From Methanobacteriota archaeon (GTDB taxonomy: Archaea > Methanobacteriota > Methanobacteria > Methanobacteriales > Methanobacteriaceae): a DNA stretch of 64,000 nt. Location: NCBI GenBank assembly GCA_963787255.1, contig CAWBCJ010000029.1, forward strand, positions 608,001-672,000. Reading direction: 5' to 3'. The notes beneath the pieces were generated by a model. That model saw only the letters and a program-made list of their open reading frames with translations. It was not told where the DNA came from and made no database searches. Position 1 is the first letter of the stretch, and every line of letters begins with the position of its first letter. Below are positions 32,805-45,995 of the stretch, one piece after another. Both the position numbers and the translations under genes were made by a program.

Positions 32805-33269
32805 ATGCGAGATAAACGATTTATAGCGGAACATCGGGGCGGACCTCTAAAAAAGGAACAGCATTACCAGCTAATTCAATGGGCTTGTGACTGCTCGGAG
32901 CATGTACTACATCTTTTCGGTGAAAAAATAGATGAACGACTAAAAAATGCACTAAATGTGGCTAAAAAGTGGAAACAAGGAAATGCTTCAGTTGGTGATG
33001 CAAGAAAAGCTTCATTAGGTGCAATTACGGTAGCAAACGAATCTTCAAACTTGACTGCAATTGCAGTGGCTCGTTCTGTTGGACACGCTGTTGCAACTGC
33101 TCATATGGCTGACCATTCATTAGGAGCAGCGTGGTATGCTTTGAAAGCAGTAAAAAATGCAGGTAAATCAATAGATGCAGAAAGAAAATGGCAAGATGAA
33201 CAATTACCCTCAGAAATTAAGGAGCTAGTCTTAACTGCAAGGAAAGCAAAAAAATTTAAAAAGATATAG
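32805..33269 (+). CDS. Putative immunity protein (Imm5-like)
   Basis: WA.DC.EHVL..F, AR..GHAVATAHMADH..GAA.YA.KA, ER.WQ...LP. Confidence 0.75.
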   Translation: MRDKRFIAEHRGGPLKKEQHYQLIQWACDCSEHVLHLFGEKIDERLKNALNVAKKWKQGNASVGDARKASLGAITVANESSNLTAIAVARSVGHAVATAHMADHSLGAAWYALKAVKNAGKSIDAERKWQDEQLPSEIKELVLTARKAKKFKKI

Positions 33270-33466
33270 ATGAAAAAAAGTAATATGTTTCGATTCACTA
33301 TTATTTCTGAGCTATAAGTCGAGAGCAAGTTTTGGTTATTTACTTCTCTAACTCCTATTTTAGCCATAATTGTCGTTATAGTTTGAGAGAATTAATTAAA
33401 ATAAAGAATTATAGATGAATAATATTCCTATATTCCTTTAGAAAAATATTCATCCATAGAATTGTA

Positions 33467-33694
33467 TTAAATTGTTTTTTCTATTTCATCAAGGTAAGTA
33501 ACTCTTTCTATTTTGGCGCCTACATTTTCTAGAGTTTTTTGTACAGATTTTGATTCCATGTACTTTTTTGTATTTTCCTTATTGTCCCACTTAAATAAAA
33601 TCTCAACTTCATGGGGGTCATCGGAGTTACGGAAGAGACGAGCTTCTTCTTCGCCATTTTCTTTACGTGCAGTTGATCTTTCATTAAAAACGGA
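33467..33694 (-). pseudogene. N-terminally truncated ABM/cyclase-like small protein
   Basis: 75 open codons SVFNERSTARKENG...RLFRNSDDPHEVEILFKWD...; preceded by an in-frame TAA with no start codon. Confidence 0.55.
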
Positions 33695-33997
33695 TTAATA
33701 TTCAAATATTATAATGAAATTTAAACAAAATAATTCAAAATTAGAATTTATTAGAATTAGAACGATAATTAAAATTAGAATTCACTTTAATTTCTTCTTT
33801 CGCTCTCTTTTTATATCAGTTTTTAAATAGCCACTAGGTTTTTAATATAGAAATATTATCGTTAGATATCTGAATTTCATTCTGTTAGGATTTAGATTTT
33901 ATTTTTGAAAGAGAAGTAATATATCAAAAGTTAAACATAACATTATTAAATTTAGTAATACAATTAAATTGAAAATTAATTATTTAGAGGTTAAATA

Positions 33998-34759
33998 ATG
34001 AAAAAAACTGATTATTACGACTCCATATTTAAAAGAAAGTCAGTTAGAAATTACGACTTAACTCCACTTGATGGTGATACACTTACAAAGATTTCGGAGC
34101 ATTTAGATAACCTGGAACCCATGTATTATGACATCAAAACTGAAGTAAAGATTATATCCTCAGATGAGGTTGAATCCAGGAAAATGAAAAAATCAAGGCA
34201 TTATATTGCTGTATTTTCAGACACCAGTGGAGATTATTTAACTAATGTGGGTTTTATGCTGCAGCAAACGGATCTATATCTATCTGCAAATGGAATTGGA
34301 TGTTGCTGGCAAGGATCTCCTCAACCAAAAGAAGAAGTGTTTGAAACTTCAGATCTGGAATTTATCATTTTACTGGCGTTTGGTAAACCTAATGAACCTC
34401 TGCACAGGGATATTTCAGAATTTAGGAGAAAATCTCTTCAGGAGATAACTGACATTGAAGGTGCAGATGATTTTCTGGAAGCAGCGCGTCTTGCCCCATC
34501 CGCAGGTAACAGTCAACCGTGGTTTTTTAAAGGTAATAAAAGCTTAATTCATGCTTACACCTCTAAAGCATATCCTGTTAAGAAATATCCTGCAGAAATA
34601 GTAAAAAAATACAACACCATAAGTATGGGCGCTGCTATTTATCATTTGAATGTTACGGCAGAGCATTTTGGGAAAAATATGGATATTTTGTTTGATAAAA
34701 CTGCAAAAGAGAATGTTCCTGAGGGGTATGAGTATACTGCAAGTCTAAAAATTGGCTAG
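33998..34759 (+). CDS. Nitroreductase family protein (two-domain)
   Basis: KRKSVRNY, GIGCCW, AARLAPSAGNSQPW. Confidence 0.88.
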   Translation: MKKTDYYDSIFKRKSVRNYDLTPLDGDTLTKISEHLDNLEPMYYDIKTEVKIISSDEVESRKMKKSRHYIAVFSDTSGDYLTNVGFMLQQTDLYLSANGIGCCWQGSPQPKEEVFETSDLEFIILLAFGKPNEPLHRDISEFRRKSLQEITDIEGADDFLEAARLAPSAGNSQPWFFKGNKSLIHAYTSKAYPVKKYPAEIVKKYNTISMGAAIYHLNVTAEHFGKNMDILFDKTAKENVPEGYEYTASLKIG

Positions 34760-35068
34760 AAAATATTCTTTAAATTATTCTAGTATAAAAACATTCTAAA
34801 ATTTGATTAGTTTTAGGATATGCAAGTATGATTAAAGTGTTTCTTTTAATCATTAGTATTTCATACTTAAATCACATAACTTTTCATCCTGTTATAGCTA
34901 AGATGTCTTATTAATAATTTTATTGCTCATGCTTTGAATTTTAGCCAATCAATTTTTATCATTCATTTTCTTTATAGTTCCAGTACATACTGACGGTTTA
35001 TTGACTATTATTGAAATTTTCTAAACTATAAATGCCGTGTAAAATGATAAAAGAAATGGTGAATAAAT

Positions 35069-35689
35069 TTGATCAAAAATAAACCAATTGCAATTATCTT
35101 AGCAGTTTTAACATTTATAGTTGGAAGTATTTTACTGACATGGATTATCTTTTATCTTGCTAAAATACCTCTTTCTTCTATCTGGGAAGGTCAGAATCAG
35201 CTCTATGTATTCACTGCAATTCTAGCGAGTGTAATACTTGCATCTATGGTTTATGGTCGCGGTAGCAAGCAAAGAGCATCTGATGTCACAAAATTTTTAA
35301 ATGAATCTTTAGAATTGGAGCTTAAAGAGAAGGATGTTTATGGATGGTTGCGGAAGTTTGAGCGAATTCCTATATTCGTAGTAAATTTGTATATTTCTAT
35401 GAATATAAATGTAGTAAAGGAATTTGAAGGTCAAATGGAAGAAAATTATGGGCATCTAACTGATGAAAGCATTTTAAAAATAAAGAAAGTAATGAATGAA
35501 CTGACTGATGAAGACCTTTTAAAAATAAGGAAAATTCTGGAAATGCCTGTTCCAGAACTTCAAAATTTATTGAATGAACTCTATTTGATAACTAACATCG
35601 AACAGTTTAAGATATTGGCTGAACCCAAAGCAGAGTCATTAATTGAACTAAACGTGGAAGAACTAAAAAGGATTCTATTTAATGATTAA
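35069..35689 (+). CDS. Hypothetical membrane-anchored protein
   Basis: Two N-terminal TM helices and a soluble C-terminus with a 15-aa tandem duplication. Confidence 0.65.
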   Translation: MIKNKPIAIILAVLTFIVGSILLTWIIFYLAKIPLSSIWEGQNQLYVFTAILASVILASMVYGRGSKQRASDVTKFLNESLELELKEKDVYGWLRKFERIPIFVVNLYISMNINVVKEFEGQMEENYGHLTDESILKIKKVMNELTDEDLLKIRKILEMPVPELQNLLNELYLITNIEQFKILAEPKAESLIELNVEELKRILFND

Positions 35690-35918
35690 ACTTCTACTAA
35701 ATTAAGATATAATATAAAAGGGTATGAATTTTGAAAAACTGAATCTATCTAATTACAATAAGACTTAAAGAAGGTAAAAACATATGAAGATTTTCGTAGG
35801 GTATGGTACCATACTGTCGGGTTTGGAACTTCCAGTAAACTATTGTCGCGCTTAATGTCCATATGCGATGGTTTAAAGAAGTATTTAAAACTAGAAAAAA
35901 AATGTTTTTATAATGTGG

Positions 35919-36004
<86 letters not shown>

Positions 36005-36030
36005 AAAAGAGTATATAAAGCTAAAGGGTA

Positions 36031-36339
36031 TTAGCTTTTGAGTTCTATTTCTATACTTACGTTATCAGGAACGTTTACTTTCATGACCTGTCTCATTGCC
36101 CTTTCATCAGCTTCGATTCCGACAAGTCTTTTATGTATTCTAAGTTCCCATTTTTCCCATGTAGCTTTCCCTTCTCCATCTGGAGATTTTCTGGTTGGTA
36201 CTACTAATTTTTTGGTTGGGAGTGGGATTGGACCTGACATATCTACACCTGTTCTTTCTGCGATTCTTCTTAATTGTTCGCATACGTAGGCGAGTTTGTC
36301 TGGGTCTGTCCCTGTAAGTTTAATTCTTGCTTTATGCAT
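36031..36339 (-). CDS. rpsJ: 30S ribosomal protein S10 (uS10)
   Basis: [21 protein letters not shown]. Confidence 0.97.
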   Translation of the reverse strand: MHKARIKLTGTDPDKLAYVCEQLRRIAERTGVDMSGPIPLPTKKLVVPTRKSPDGEGKATWEKWELRIHKRLVGIEADERAMRQVMKVNVPDNVSIEIELKS

Positions 36340-36392
36340 TTAAATCCTCCATAAAAATAAAAAGAAGGTTTAGGAAATAGTTCCTATAACTT

Positions 36393-37634
<1,242 letters not shown>

Positions 37635-37802
37635 TTAATTAACCTCCATTCTAAATCTATATATCGATTAGTTTGAGAATATCATTATTTTGGAATGATC
37701 TCATTTAAAATTTATGGTTTTGATTCCAAAAATTTTCCTTTTGGGCGAGGACAAAATTTTTTTTTGTCTGATCCAAAAAAAAGGGTGATATGGATTTTTT
37801 TA

Positions 37803-39995
37803 TTAGCCTATGTAATGGTCAGGACCATATGGTTCTGGGCTTAATCCTTTCCTATCTCTTATTTGTCTTACAATTTGCTTTTGAAGCTCAACAGGTAATC
37901 TTTCGAAACCTGCACTTTCTGTTGACCATAAACATCTACCTTCAGTTGCAGATCTTATGTCTCCAGCAAATCCGAACATTTCTGCGACAGGGACTTTTGA
38001 TTCTAGTGTCATCATGTCACCTTCTTGTTCCATATCCAGGATTTGGCCTCTTCTGTTTTGGACTTCTCTTGTTGCTGAACCCATGTAGTCTTGTGGAGTA
38101 TTGATGAATACTTTTTGTTTAGGTTCGAGTAGTGTTGGGTTTGCTAGCATGATGGATCCGTATACTGCTTTTCTTATTGCTGGTAGAACCTGTGCCGGTC
38201 CTCTGTGCACTGCATCTTCGTGAATCTTTGCATCCATGAGCCTTATTTTTATACCCATAACCCTTTCCCTTGCGATTGGGCCGTCATCCATTGCACTTTC
38301 GAAACCTTCAAGGAGAAGTTCTTTAATTTCGTCCAGGTACTGTATACCACGGGTCATGTTTATGAATAAACTGCGCTCGTACACATCCCATACCCTTCTA
38401 GCTTCATCTTTTTCCAGACCGTATTCCATGAATGTTGATGCCATTTCTTTTCCTTTTACTCTGCCTTCTTTGATCTTCTTATCCTGCAGGGCCTGGAACA
38501 TTTCGTCTTCTAATGGTTCAATTTCAATGTAGAATCTGTTGTGCTTGTTAGGTGATTTACCTTCAACTGGTCCGGCTTTACCGGCAATTGTTTCTCTGTA
38601 AACAACAATTGGTGGTGAAGTTTCTATTTCCACACCTTTTTCATCGATTCTGTAAGTGATGATTTCAAGGTGGAGTTCACCCATACCTGCTATGAGGTGC
38701 TCACCTGTTTCTTCATTAATTTCAATCCGTACTGTTGGGTCTTCCTTTCCAACCTGTCTTAAAACTTCTATAAGTTTTGGAAGATCTTTGGTATTTTTAG
38801 CTTCAACAGCAACTGTAACTACTGGCTCGGATATGTGTTCTAATCCTTCAAACGCTTTAATTTTTCTTTCTGGCTCGGAGACTGTTTCTCCTGCAACCGC
38901 GTTTCTTGCACCGGTAATTGCTACAATATTTCCTGCTGGAACCTTGTCGGTATTGATCCTTTCTGGACCCATGTACACTCCAACTTGCTGAGTTCTTGCT
39001 TTACCCATGGAACCTACGAAGTAGATTTCAGTACCTTTTTCTATTGTTCCACCGTAAACACGACCGGTTGCAATTTCACCAGCATGCTTGTCTATACTGA
39101 TGTTGGTAACCATTACAGCTAAGGGTGAGTCTGGATCGGTATTTATCATACCCTGTCCTTCTTCACTTTCAATATCTCCGTTCCATATGCTTGGAACTCT
39201 GTATCTTTGTGATATGTCAGGGCTTGGTAAGTGCTCTATAACCATATCAAGTAAAACATCGGTAATTGGTGCCTTTTCAGCTAATTCTTTCTGGTTTTCA
39301 CCTTTACAGTATTCATAAATATCTTTAAAAGTTATACCTGTTAGCTTCATAATCGGGACATTTATAGCCCAGTTATGGTATGCAGAACCAAAAGCAACAC
39401 TTCCATCTTCTACCTTGGCAAGCCAGTCCGCTCGAAGTTCTTCTGGAGCCATTGATTTTATAATCTTATTTGCAGAAGCAATGATTTTTATAAATCTCTG
39501 TTGAAGTTCTTCACTGTCTAATTTTAACTCATTTATGAGACGATCAACCTTGTTAATAAATAACACTGGTTTAACGTTTTCTTTAAGAGCCTGTCTTAGT
39601 ACAGTTTCTGTTTGGGGCATAATTCCTTCAACAGCACATATTACAACTACTGCACCGTCAACTGCCCTCATTGCACGTGTCACGTCTCCACCAAAGTCAA
39701 CGTGACCTGGTGTATCGATAAGGTTAATTAGGTATTCTCCATTTTTGTATTTGTGCACCATGGACACGTTTGCCGCGTCGATGGTAATTCCTCTTGCCTG
39801 TTCTTGCTCGTCAAAATCAAGGAATCTTTGATCTCCTGCAAGTTCAGCGGATATCATTCCTGCACCAGCAAGTAAGTTATCAGAAAGTGTAGTTTTCCCG
39901 TGATCGATGTGGGCTACAATCCCAATATTTCTTATGTTTTTGGGCTGATACATCAACTCTTTAATCTTATTAATCATTTTAGTACGTCTACTCAC
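37803..39995 (-). CDS. fusA: Translation elongation factor EF-2
   Basis: [23 protein letters not shown], diphthamide loop HEDAVHRG; GTG start at 39995 behind AGGTGA. Confidence 0.98.
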   Translation of the reverse strand: MSRRTKMINKIKELMYQPKNIRNIGIVAHIDHGKTTLSDNLLAGAGMISAELAGDQRFLDFDEQEQARGITIDAANVSMVHKYKNGEYLINLIDTPGHVDFGGDVTRAMRAVDGAVVVICAVEGIMPQTETVLRQALKENVKPVLFINKVDRLINELKLDSEELQQRFIKIIASANKIIKSMAPEELRADWLAKVEDGSVAFGSAYHNWAINVPIMKLTGITFKDIYEYCKGENQKELAEKAPITDVLLDMVIEHLPSPDISQRYRVPSIWNGDIESEEGQGMINTDPDSPLAVMVTNISIDKHAGEIATGRVYGGTIEKGTEIYFVGSMGKARTQQVGVYMGPERINTDKVPAGNIVAITGARNAVAGETVSEPERKIKAFEGLEHISEPVVTVAVEAKNTKDLPKLIEVLRQVGKEDPTVRIEINEETGEHLIAGMGELHLEIITYRIDEKGVEIETSPPIVVYRETIAGKAGPVEGKSPNKHNRFYIEIEPLEDEMFQALQDKKIKEGRVKGKEMASTFMEYGLEKDEARRVWDVYERSLFINMTRGIQYLDEIKELLLEGFESAMDDGPIARERVMGIKIRLMDAKIHEDAVHRGPAQVLPAIRKAVYGSIMLANPTLLEPKQKVFINTPQDYMGSATREVQNRRGQILDMEQEGDMMTLESKVPVAEMFGFAGDIRSATEGRCLWSTESAGFERLPVELQKQIVRQIRDRKGLSPEPYGPDHYIG

Positions 39996-40129
39996 TATAA
40001 TCACCTGGTAATTATAAAATAGTTAAAAAGCAGATATTTAAGGCATTATATTCATTGATTTTATAGTATAATTAATAGGTTGATATGCCTTGTCTTTACT
40101 GTATATACATTAACTTATATATTTTAGCC

Positions 40130-40155
40130 CCAGTTTAGATTGCAATCTAAACTGG
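40130..40155. promoter_or_regulatory. Perfect 26-bp palindrome CCAGTTTAGATTGCAATCTAAACTGG in the rps7-fusA spacer
   Basis: Sequence equals its own reverse complement; adjacent to a TATA-like element at 40114-40121; function inferred. Confidence 0.55.
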
Positions 40156-40222
40156 ATTAAATATTATTTGCACTGGTTTTTTTATACCTTAAGTATCAGC
40201 TTAATTTTTAAGATTTAATTTA

Positions 40223-40783
40223 TTAGTGCGCAGATCTTGCAATTCTTTCTTTTTCGTCTTTCTTTCCAATTGCAAAACTTCTTGTATCATATTCAGCTGC
40301 AAGTAATAATTCATCAGCTAAACATTCTGCTGCAGATCTTTTCCTTTTAAATGAGGACTGTAGAGCGCCTCTTGTTATAAATCCAAGTGCTAAATCCACT
40401 CTTCTTTGAGGAGCAATATCTACGGCTACCTGGTATCCTATACCACCGTATTTTACCCTTGTGATTTCTTCCCTTGGGGCAGCGTTTTCAACTGCTTTAA
40501 CCAATATCTTCACAGGGTTTTCCTTTGATTTTTTACTTACCACTTCAAGAGATTCTTTCACGATGCTGTAAGCTTTATTTTTCTTTCCTGAGTTTATATG
40601 TGTCCTCATGACTTTATTCATTAGTCTTTCCACGATTGAAACTCTTGATTTTGCGAACTGTCTCTTGACGTGTCTTCCTAAGGTGTGTGGAACTAGTATT
40701 TCGTCTAAGCAAATATAATTTACGAGACCAAAGTCCTCTACTTTCACCTCTTCTAAATCCCATTTATCAAAAACCTTACTCAT
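40223..40783 (-). CDS. rpsG: 30S ribosomal protein S7 (uS7)
   Basis: PHTLGRH, IVERL, ENAAPRE, AVDIAPQRR, ERIARS. Confidence 0.97.
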   Translation of the reverse strand: MSKVFDKWDLEEVKVEDFGLVNYICLDEILVPHTLGRHVKRQFAKSRVSIVERLMNKVMRTHINSGKKNKAYSIVKESLEVVSKKSKENPVKILVKAVENAAPREEITRVKYGGIGYQVAVDIAPQRRVDLALGFITRGALQSSFKRKRSAAECLADELLLAAEYDTRSFAIGKKDEKERIARSAH

Positions 40784-40829
40784 TAAATTACCTCACTGGT
40801 TTTCTTTTATTAGTGTAAATTCAGTTAGT

Positions 40830-41255
40830 TTATCTAACTGGTTTTTCAATTTTACCTTTAACCATTTGTTCTAAGGATACGTTGTTTACTTTGGTAACCT
40901 TCCATCTTACTCCAGGAATATCTCCCATGGATCTTCCGGATGGTCCTCCGATTCCTTCAATCATAACTTCATCGTGCTCATCAATAAATCCGATAGCGCC
41001 GTCTCCAGGAGCAAATGCAGTTAGCTGCTTCCCGTTTTTTATGAGTTGAACCCTTACACATTTCCTTATAGCTGAGTTAGGCTGTTTTGCTTCAATACCC
41101 ACTTTTTCAATAACGATTCCTCTTGCTTGAGGTGCGCCTTCTAATGGGTCAGCTTTAACATCTAACCGTAGTGCTTTCCTTTTGTATTCTACATCCTTCC
41201 ATCTGAAGTTCTGTCTATTTTTTTTAAGTTTCTTTGCTGCAAAAAGTCCCGGCAA
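40830..41255 (-). CDS. rpsL: 30S ribosomal protein S12 (uS12)
   Basis: [19 protein letters not shown]; TTG start at 41255 behind GGAGG. Confidence 0.97.
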   Translation of the reverse strand: MPGLFAAKKLKKNRQNFRWKDVEYKRKALRLDVKADPLEGAPQARGIVIEKVGIEAKQPNSAIRKCVRVQLIKNGKQLTAFAPGDGAIGFIDEHDEVMIEGIGGPSGRSMGDIPGVRWKVTKVNNVSLEQMVKGKIEKPVR

Positions 41256-41329
41256 ACGTGATTCCTCCTTAATTAGCATTATTATTAGCAAAATAGCATG
41301 TTAGTATCATTAACTAAATGGTATCTAAA

Positions 41330-41761
41330 TTATTTTATCACAATGTTATTTATATTGTGCTGTCTTTTTGCTAAAAGTCTTGCTCTTTCTATATTTTTAC
41401 CGCCTTTTCCGATGGCAGTCCTTTTATTCCTTGGATCTGTCTCTATTGTGGCGATTTTTTCTCCATTTTCCTTTTGAAGTATTCTGATACTTCTAACTTT
41501 GGCTGGAGCCATTAAATTAGTGATAAATTCCACAGGATCTTCGGAGTGTTCTATGACTTCAACACCTTTATCAACGGTTTTTTGAACTTTAGTAACGGTA
41601 CTTCCTCTTTTTCCAATTGCAAGTCCCATATCTCCTCTTTTAACGAGAAAAGTTATTTTACCGCCTTCTTCATCAACAATACAGTCCTTGACCATTGCAC
41701 CGGTCATACTCTCAAAGAGAGCTATGTATCTTATATCGTTTGTTGTAAATTTTATAGTCAC
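41330..41761 (-). CDS. nusA: Archaeal NusA (KH domains)
   Basis: AIGKRG and AIGKGG KH motifs; conserved operon position. Confidence 0.95.
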   Translation of the reverse strand: MTIKFTTNDIRYIALFESMTGAMVKDCIVDEEGGKITFLVKRGDMGLAIGKRGSTVTKVQKTVDKGVEVIEHSEDPVEFITNLMAPAKVRSIRILQKENGEKIATIETDPRNKRTAIGKGGKNIERARLLAKRQHNINNIVIK

Positions 41762-41765
41762 AGAA

Positions 41766-42062
41766 TTACCCCATAACTTCTAATATTGTAGAATCTCCTT
41801 GATCCCTAATAATAAGTGTAGCAACAGTAAATGGTTTACCGCATACTGAACCAAGATCTACACTTGAACCTTCGTATGTGTAAACAGGAATTTCTGATAA
41901 TTTTGAATAGTACATTACATCTTCCCTAACTTCTTCAGGGCAATTCTTTGCAATGATCACCAGTTTTCCTTTGCCTAACTTTAAAGCCTGAACAGATTTA
42001 TCAGACCCTAATGTAACGGTTCCTGTATCCACAGCAACCCTAACTCCTCTATCTACGTCCAT
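41766..42062 (-). CDS. rpl30e: 50S ribosomal protein L30e
   Basis: TG.V.LG, IIAKNCP, LGSVCGKPF. Confidence 0.96.
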   Translation of the reverse strand: MDVDRGVRVAVDTGTVTLGSDKSVQALKLGKGKLVIIAKNCPEEVREDVMYYSKLSEIPVYTYEGSSVDLGSVCGKPFTVATLIIRDQGDSTILEVMG

Positions 42063-42123
42063 GTATTGCCTCCTATCTCTCGTTTGTCATGAGTCATTTG
42101 AATAAGCTTTCACTTATGCATTT

Positions 42124-43278
42124 CTACTCTTTTTGTTTCATAATGACGCCAACAGAACCTGTTCCGAGAGGTATCGGTTGACCTATTATAATATTTTCAA
42201 TTATTCCGGTAAGATGATCAATTTCTCCTCTTATACTGGCCCTTAAGAGGTGTTTTCCAGTCTCTTCAAAAGAAGCTCTTGCCAGTACACTTGCTTTCTC
42301 ACCGCTTATACCATGTCTTCCTATGGATTTTACAGAACCATCTGCAGTCATCATATCTGCAACCAGCATGATATGCCTTACATCCACCGTAAGACCTTGT
42401 TCTTCCATTGTATTTTGAGCTTCCAGTATTACTGAGTTTCTGGCAGCTTCAATTCCTAGAACTTTTTCGACTTCATGAATGTCATTTGTACTGGTTCTGA
42501 CTTTATCAATACCTTCCATTTTTAAAACGGATCCAAGATTTGAACCTTCTGTGTGTATAACCCACTCAACACCTTCTTTACTAATAACTACCTTACCAAT
42601 GTTTTTTACACCACTGATTTGAAGGTCTCGGACTTTGTCAGCAAGAAGTCTTAATTCTCTTATACTTGGTGCTGGAGGTTCAAAACTTAGTATATTGTTA
42701 TCTATTTGAACTCTTTTAAAAGCTTTTTCTATCCTCTTCATGATGTCATCAAGATCAAGTCTTTTGTCCTCGATCTTTTCTAAATCGAGTTCAACCACAA
42801 TATTCATATCAGCATAATTGAGGTTAAAGCTGCTTAAAATATCATTCATATTACTTTTACCAATCTGGTTGGCTATCCTTCTTACAAACTCTTCATCAGT
42901 TCCATATTCTTCTTCAAAATAGATAGCCATAGTTGGTGTTGATATTTTCTTTCTGGCATCCACAATTTCAATCAGTCTTGGAAGACCGAGAGTAACGTTT
43001 AATTCTGCTACCCCTGCATAGTGAAATGTTCTCATGGTCATCTGAGTACCAGGTTCACCAACAGATTGAGCTGCAACTGTACCTACAGCTTCCCCGTCTT
43101 CAACGGTCGCTCTGTCGTAGGCTTTTTTAATTATGTCAATTAACTCGTCCAGTTCGGCTTTATTCAGCTTATGCCTTTCACTGGCATCAGCAATTTCTTC
43201 GATCAAGCTTTCAGGAAAGTCAGCCTTCTTCTTCTTCAAAATTCTAGTGATACTTTTTACATCCGGCACAATAACCAC
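42124..43278 (-). CDS. rpoA2: RNA polymerase subunit A''
   Basis: [32 protein letters not shown]. Confidence 0.97.
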   Translation of the reverse strand: MVIVPDVKSITRILKKKKADFPESLIEEIADASERHKLNKAELDELIDIIKKAYDRATVEDGEAVGTVAAQSVGEPGTQMTMRTFHYAGVAELNVTLGLPRLIEIVDARKKISTPTMAIYFEEEYGTDEEFVRRIANQIGKSNMNDILSSFNLNYADMNIVVELDLEKIEDKRLDLDDIMKRIEKAFKRVQIDNNILSFEPPAPSIRELRLLADKVRDLQISGVKNIGKVVISKEGVEWVIHTEGSNLGSVLKMEGIDKVRTSTNDIHEVEKVLGIEAARNSVILEAQNTMEEQGLTVDVRHIMLVADMMTADGSVKSIGRHGISGEKASVLARASFEETGKHLLRASIRGEIDHLTGIIENIIIGQPIPLGTGSVGVIMKQKE

Positions 43279-43282
43279 CCAC

Positions 43283-45904
43283 CTATTTACCTGATTTAAT
43301 CCTTATCTCTTCAATTACCCTGTCAATATCCACTACTCTACCGTAATCACTCTTTGCAGGATCCACTTTATCTTCACCATACATGGTCTGGATTATAACG
43401 CCTCTGTTATCCCTCACGGTTCCGTCAGGTTTAACACTTAAATCCTGGAGAGCGTTTACAAGTCTACGCTGCATGTAACCACTTTGCGCGGTACGTATCG
43501 CTGTATCTACAAGACCTTCTCTACCACCCATAGCGTGGAAGAAAAATTCCAGCGGATCAAGCCCGGTCTTGTAACTTGAATGAACAAATCCACGTGCCTT
43601 CGCACCTAATTCACGTTTCTTAAAGTGTGGAAGTGTCCTTTCACTGTAACCTCTTTCAATACGGCCACCACGAACAGATTGTTGACCTACACATGCTGCT
43701 ATCTGAGTAAGGTTAAGCATTGAACCTCTTGCTCCTGTAAGTGCCATAATTACAGCATGGTTTTCGTTAATATCAAAGTAACTTTCTGCTAATACACCCG
43801 ATTTGTCCCTCGCTTCTCCAAGCTCCTGCATTATCTTCATCTCAAGGGTTTCCTCAAGACTTCTTCCAGGGAGAGCTTCAAGTTCCTCGTTTTCGTATGC
43901 TTCAATGAGCAGTTCAACCCTTCCTTCAGCCCGGGATAAAAGTTCTTCAATTCTCTCTTTTGCTTCTTGAGGAATCTCTTCATCGTCGGTACTGGTTGTA
44001 AATCCTTTCTTCATTATTCCAGAAATTGCAAGTTTGGTCGCTGAATCAAGGAATTCCCTGGCCCTGTCAGTACCATATTCTTTAACTATAGAGTCGAGAA
44101 TCTTACCTGAAAATGATCCGAATGCTTTATCGTCCATTACACCGCTCTTTAAATTACCGTCTTCAATTACAACATATGCATCGTTTTTACATTCTTGTTT
44201 AAGGCATTCATCACATTTTCTGCAGATTTCTGCCTGGTAAACCATGTTCATATCTTCAGGGAGTAAAAATGAGAATATTTCTTTTCCAGTCCATGAAGTA
44301 CCTCTTGGGTCAGGTAGAGGTATATTTGCTCTTTTTAGAATCTGGAAAACTTCATCATCTTCAAATACACTGCTTTGTCTAGTTAAAAGATAAGCACCTG
44401 ATATGTGGTCGTGTATTCCACCAATAATCGGGCCCCCGAATCTTGGTGAAAGAATGTGTTCTTGAACCCTCATTAATGATTTTGCTTCTGCACGTGATTC
44501 TTCTGTCTGGAAAACGTGCATGTTCATTTCGTCACCGTCAAAATCAGCGTTGTAAGGAGGACATACACAAAGGTTAAGTCTGAAAGTCTTGTGTGGTAAA
44601 ACTCTAACTTCATGAGCCATCATCGACATTCTGTGCAGTGAAGGCTGTCTGTTGAATAATACAATATCCCCATCTATTAAATGTCTTTCAACTCTGAAAC
44701 CAACCTCTAATTTTTCAATTATGGCTTCTTTAGTTTCTTCGTATACTCTTACCTTTCTTCCGTCAGGTCTTTCTACATAGTTTGCTCCAGGGTGTACGCT
44801 GGGACCGTTTCTGATGTAATCTTTCATCTTTTCAATATTCCATGGAGTCACGTATATTGGCACGGTGACTTCTGTGGCAATCATTTTAGGAACACCGACT
44901 TCGTTAATACTTATGTTTGGATCAGGGGATATAACCGTCCTTGCGGAGAAGTTAACCCTTTTACCTGATAAGTTACTTCTGAAACGTCCTTCTTTACCTT
45001 TAAGCCTCTGAGCAAGTGTTTTTAGAGGTCTTCCTGACCTGTGTCTTGCTGGAGGTACACCTGATGCTTCGTTATCAAAATAAGTTGTAACGTGATATTG
45101 TAAAAGTTCCCAGAGGTCCTCTACAATGAGTTGAGGAGCCCCAGCTTCCATATTCTCCTTTAATCTCTGGTTAATTCTTAAAATATCCACTAATTTGTGA
45201 GTTAAATCATCCTCAGATCTTTCACCGGTTTCCAGTGTAATTGATGGTCTTACAGTAACTGGAGGAACTGGTAAAACAGTTAGAACCATCCATTCCGGTT
45301 TTGCAACCTTTGGGTTTATTCCCAGGAGCAGATGATCTTCTTCTGGTATTTTTTCGAGCCTTTCCCTTACTTCACTTGGAGTTAACTTGTAACTTCCTTC
45401 AACAATGGATACGGGCTTGTCAATTTTGACATCTTCCTGTTCTTCTTCGCAGTGGGGACATTTATCCCTTCTTGCAACAGTGTATATCTCTTTAATGATA
45501 GCGGTCAAGCTTTCTTCATTCTTGATCATTGCATTCATTTTGTCTTTATAATCAACAATCTCTGTATCAGTTAATAAAACTCTTGCACATTCTTTACATG
45601 ATGATCTGAGTATTTTATGAATTGTATCAGCAAAACCAACGTGAATTACAGGCCTTGCTATATTTATGTGACCAAAGTGCCCCTGACAGTCTCCACCTTT
45701 TGAACCACAGGACCTACATTTGAGTCCTGGGTCGATAACTCCGAGTCTTGGATCCATTAGCCCTGCTTCAATTGGATATCCATCCTCGTCGTAGGTATCT
45801 GGAGTTACTATCTTGGTAACTGACATTTTCCTTATGTCTTCTGGAGACATCAGACCAAAATTAATCTGAGCGATTTTCTTTAAAATTCCTTTCAAAATAT
45901 TCAC
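43283..45904 (-). CDS. rpoA1: RNA polymerase subunit A'
   Basis: Catalytic NADFDGD, N-terminal Zn finger, GREGLVDTA; start may be the TTG at 45895. Confidence 0.98.
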   Translation of the reverse strand: MNILKGILKKIAQINFGLMSPEDIRKMSVTKIVTPDTYDEDGYPIEAGLMDPRLGVIDPGLKCRSCGSKGGDCQGHFGHINIARPVIHVGFADTIHKILRSSCKECARVLLTDTEIVDYKDKMNAMIKNEESLTAIIKEIYTVARRDKCPHCEEEQEDVKIDKPVSIVEGSYKLTPSEVRERLEKIPEEDHLLLGINPKVAKPEWMVLTVLPVPPVTVRPSITLETGERSEDDLTHKLVDILRINQRLKENMEAGAPQLIVEDLWELLQYHVTTYFDNEASGVPPARHRSGRPLKTLAQRLKGKEGRFRSNLSGKRVNFSARTVISPDPNISINEVGVPKMIATEVTVPIYVTPWNIEKMKDYIRNGPSVHPGANYVERPDGRKVRVYEETKEAIIEKLEVGFRVERHLIDGDIVLFNRQPSLHRMSMMAHEVRVLPHKTFRLNLCVCPPYNADFDGDEMNMHVFQTEESRAEAKSLMRVQEHILSPRFGGPIIGGIHDHISGAYLLTRQSSVFEDDEVFQILKRANIPLPDPRGTSWTGKEIFSFLLPEDMNMVYQAEICRKCDECLKQECKNDAYVVIEDGNLKSGVMDDKAFGSFSGKILDSIVKEYGTDRAREFLDSATKLAISGIMKKGFTTSTDDEEIPQEAKERIEELLSRAEGRVELLIEAYENEELEALPGRSLEETLEMKIMQELGEARDKSGVLAESYFDINENHAVIMALTGARGSMLNLTQIAACVGQQSVRGGRIERGYSERTLPHFKKRELGAKARGFVHSSYKTGLDPLEFFFHAMGGREGLVDTAIRTAQSGYMQRRLVNALQDLSVKPDGTVRDNRGVIIQTMYGEDKVDPAKSDYGRVVDIDRVIEEIRIKSGK

Positions 45905-45995
45905 TCCTCCCCTCTATAATATCAAATATTTGAAATTTGTGATTTCGATTCCACGAAAGCATAAACTTTCGTAGGTTATCTTTAAATTAATCATA

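Noticed and set aside
33735-33785. TTAGAA(TT) short repeats as a mini-CRISPR or iterons
   Set aside because: Too short, irregularly spaced and AT-rich, with no repeat-spacer periodicity; no CRISPR array or cas genes were found in the window
45921-45975. Small palindrome and hairpin between rpoB' and rpoA'
   Set aside because: Short stems are common in AT-rich spacers, and there is no further support
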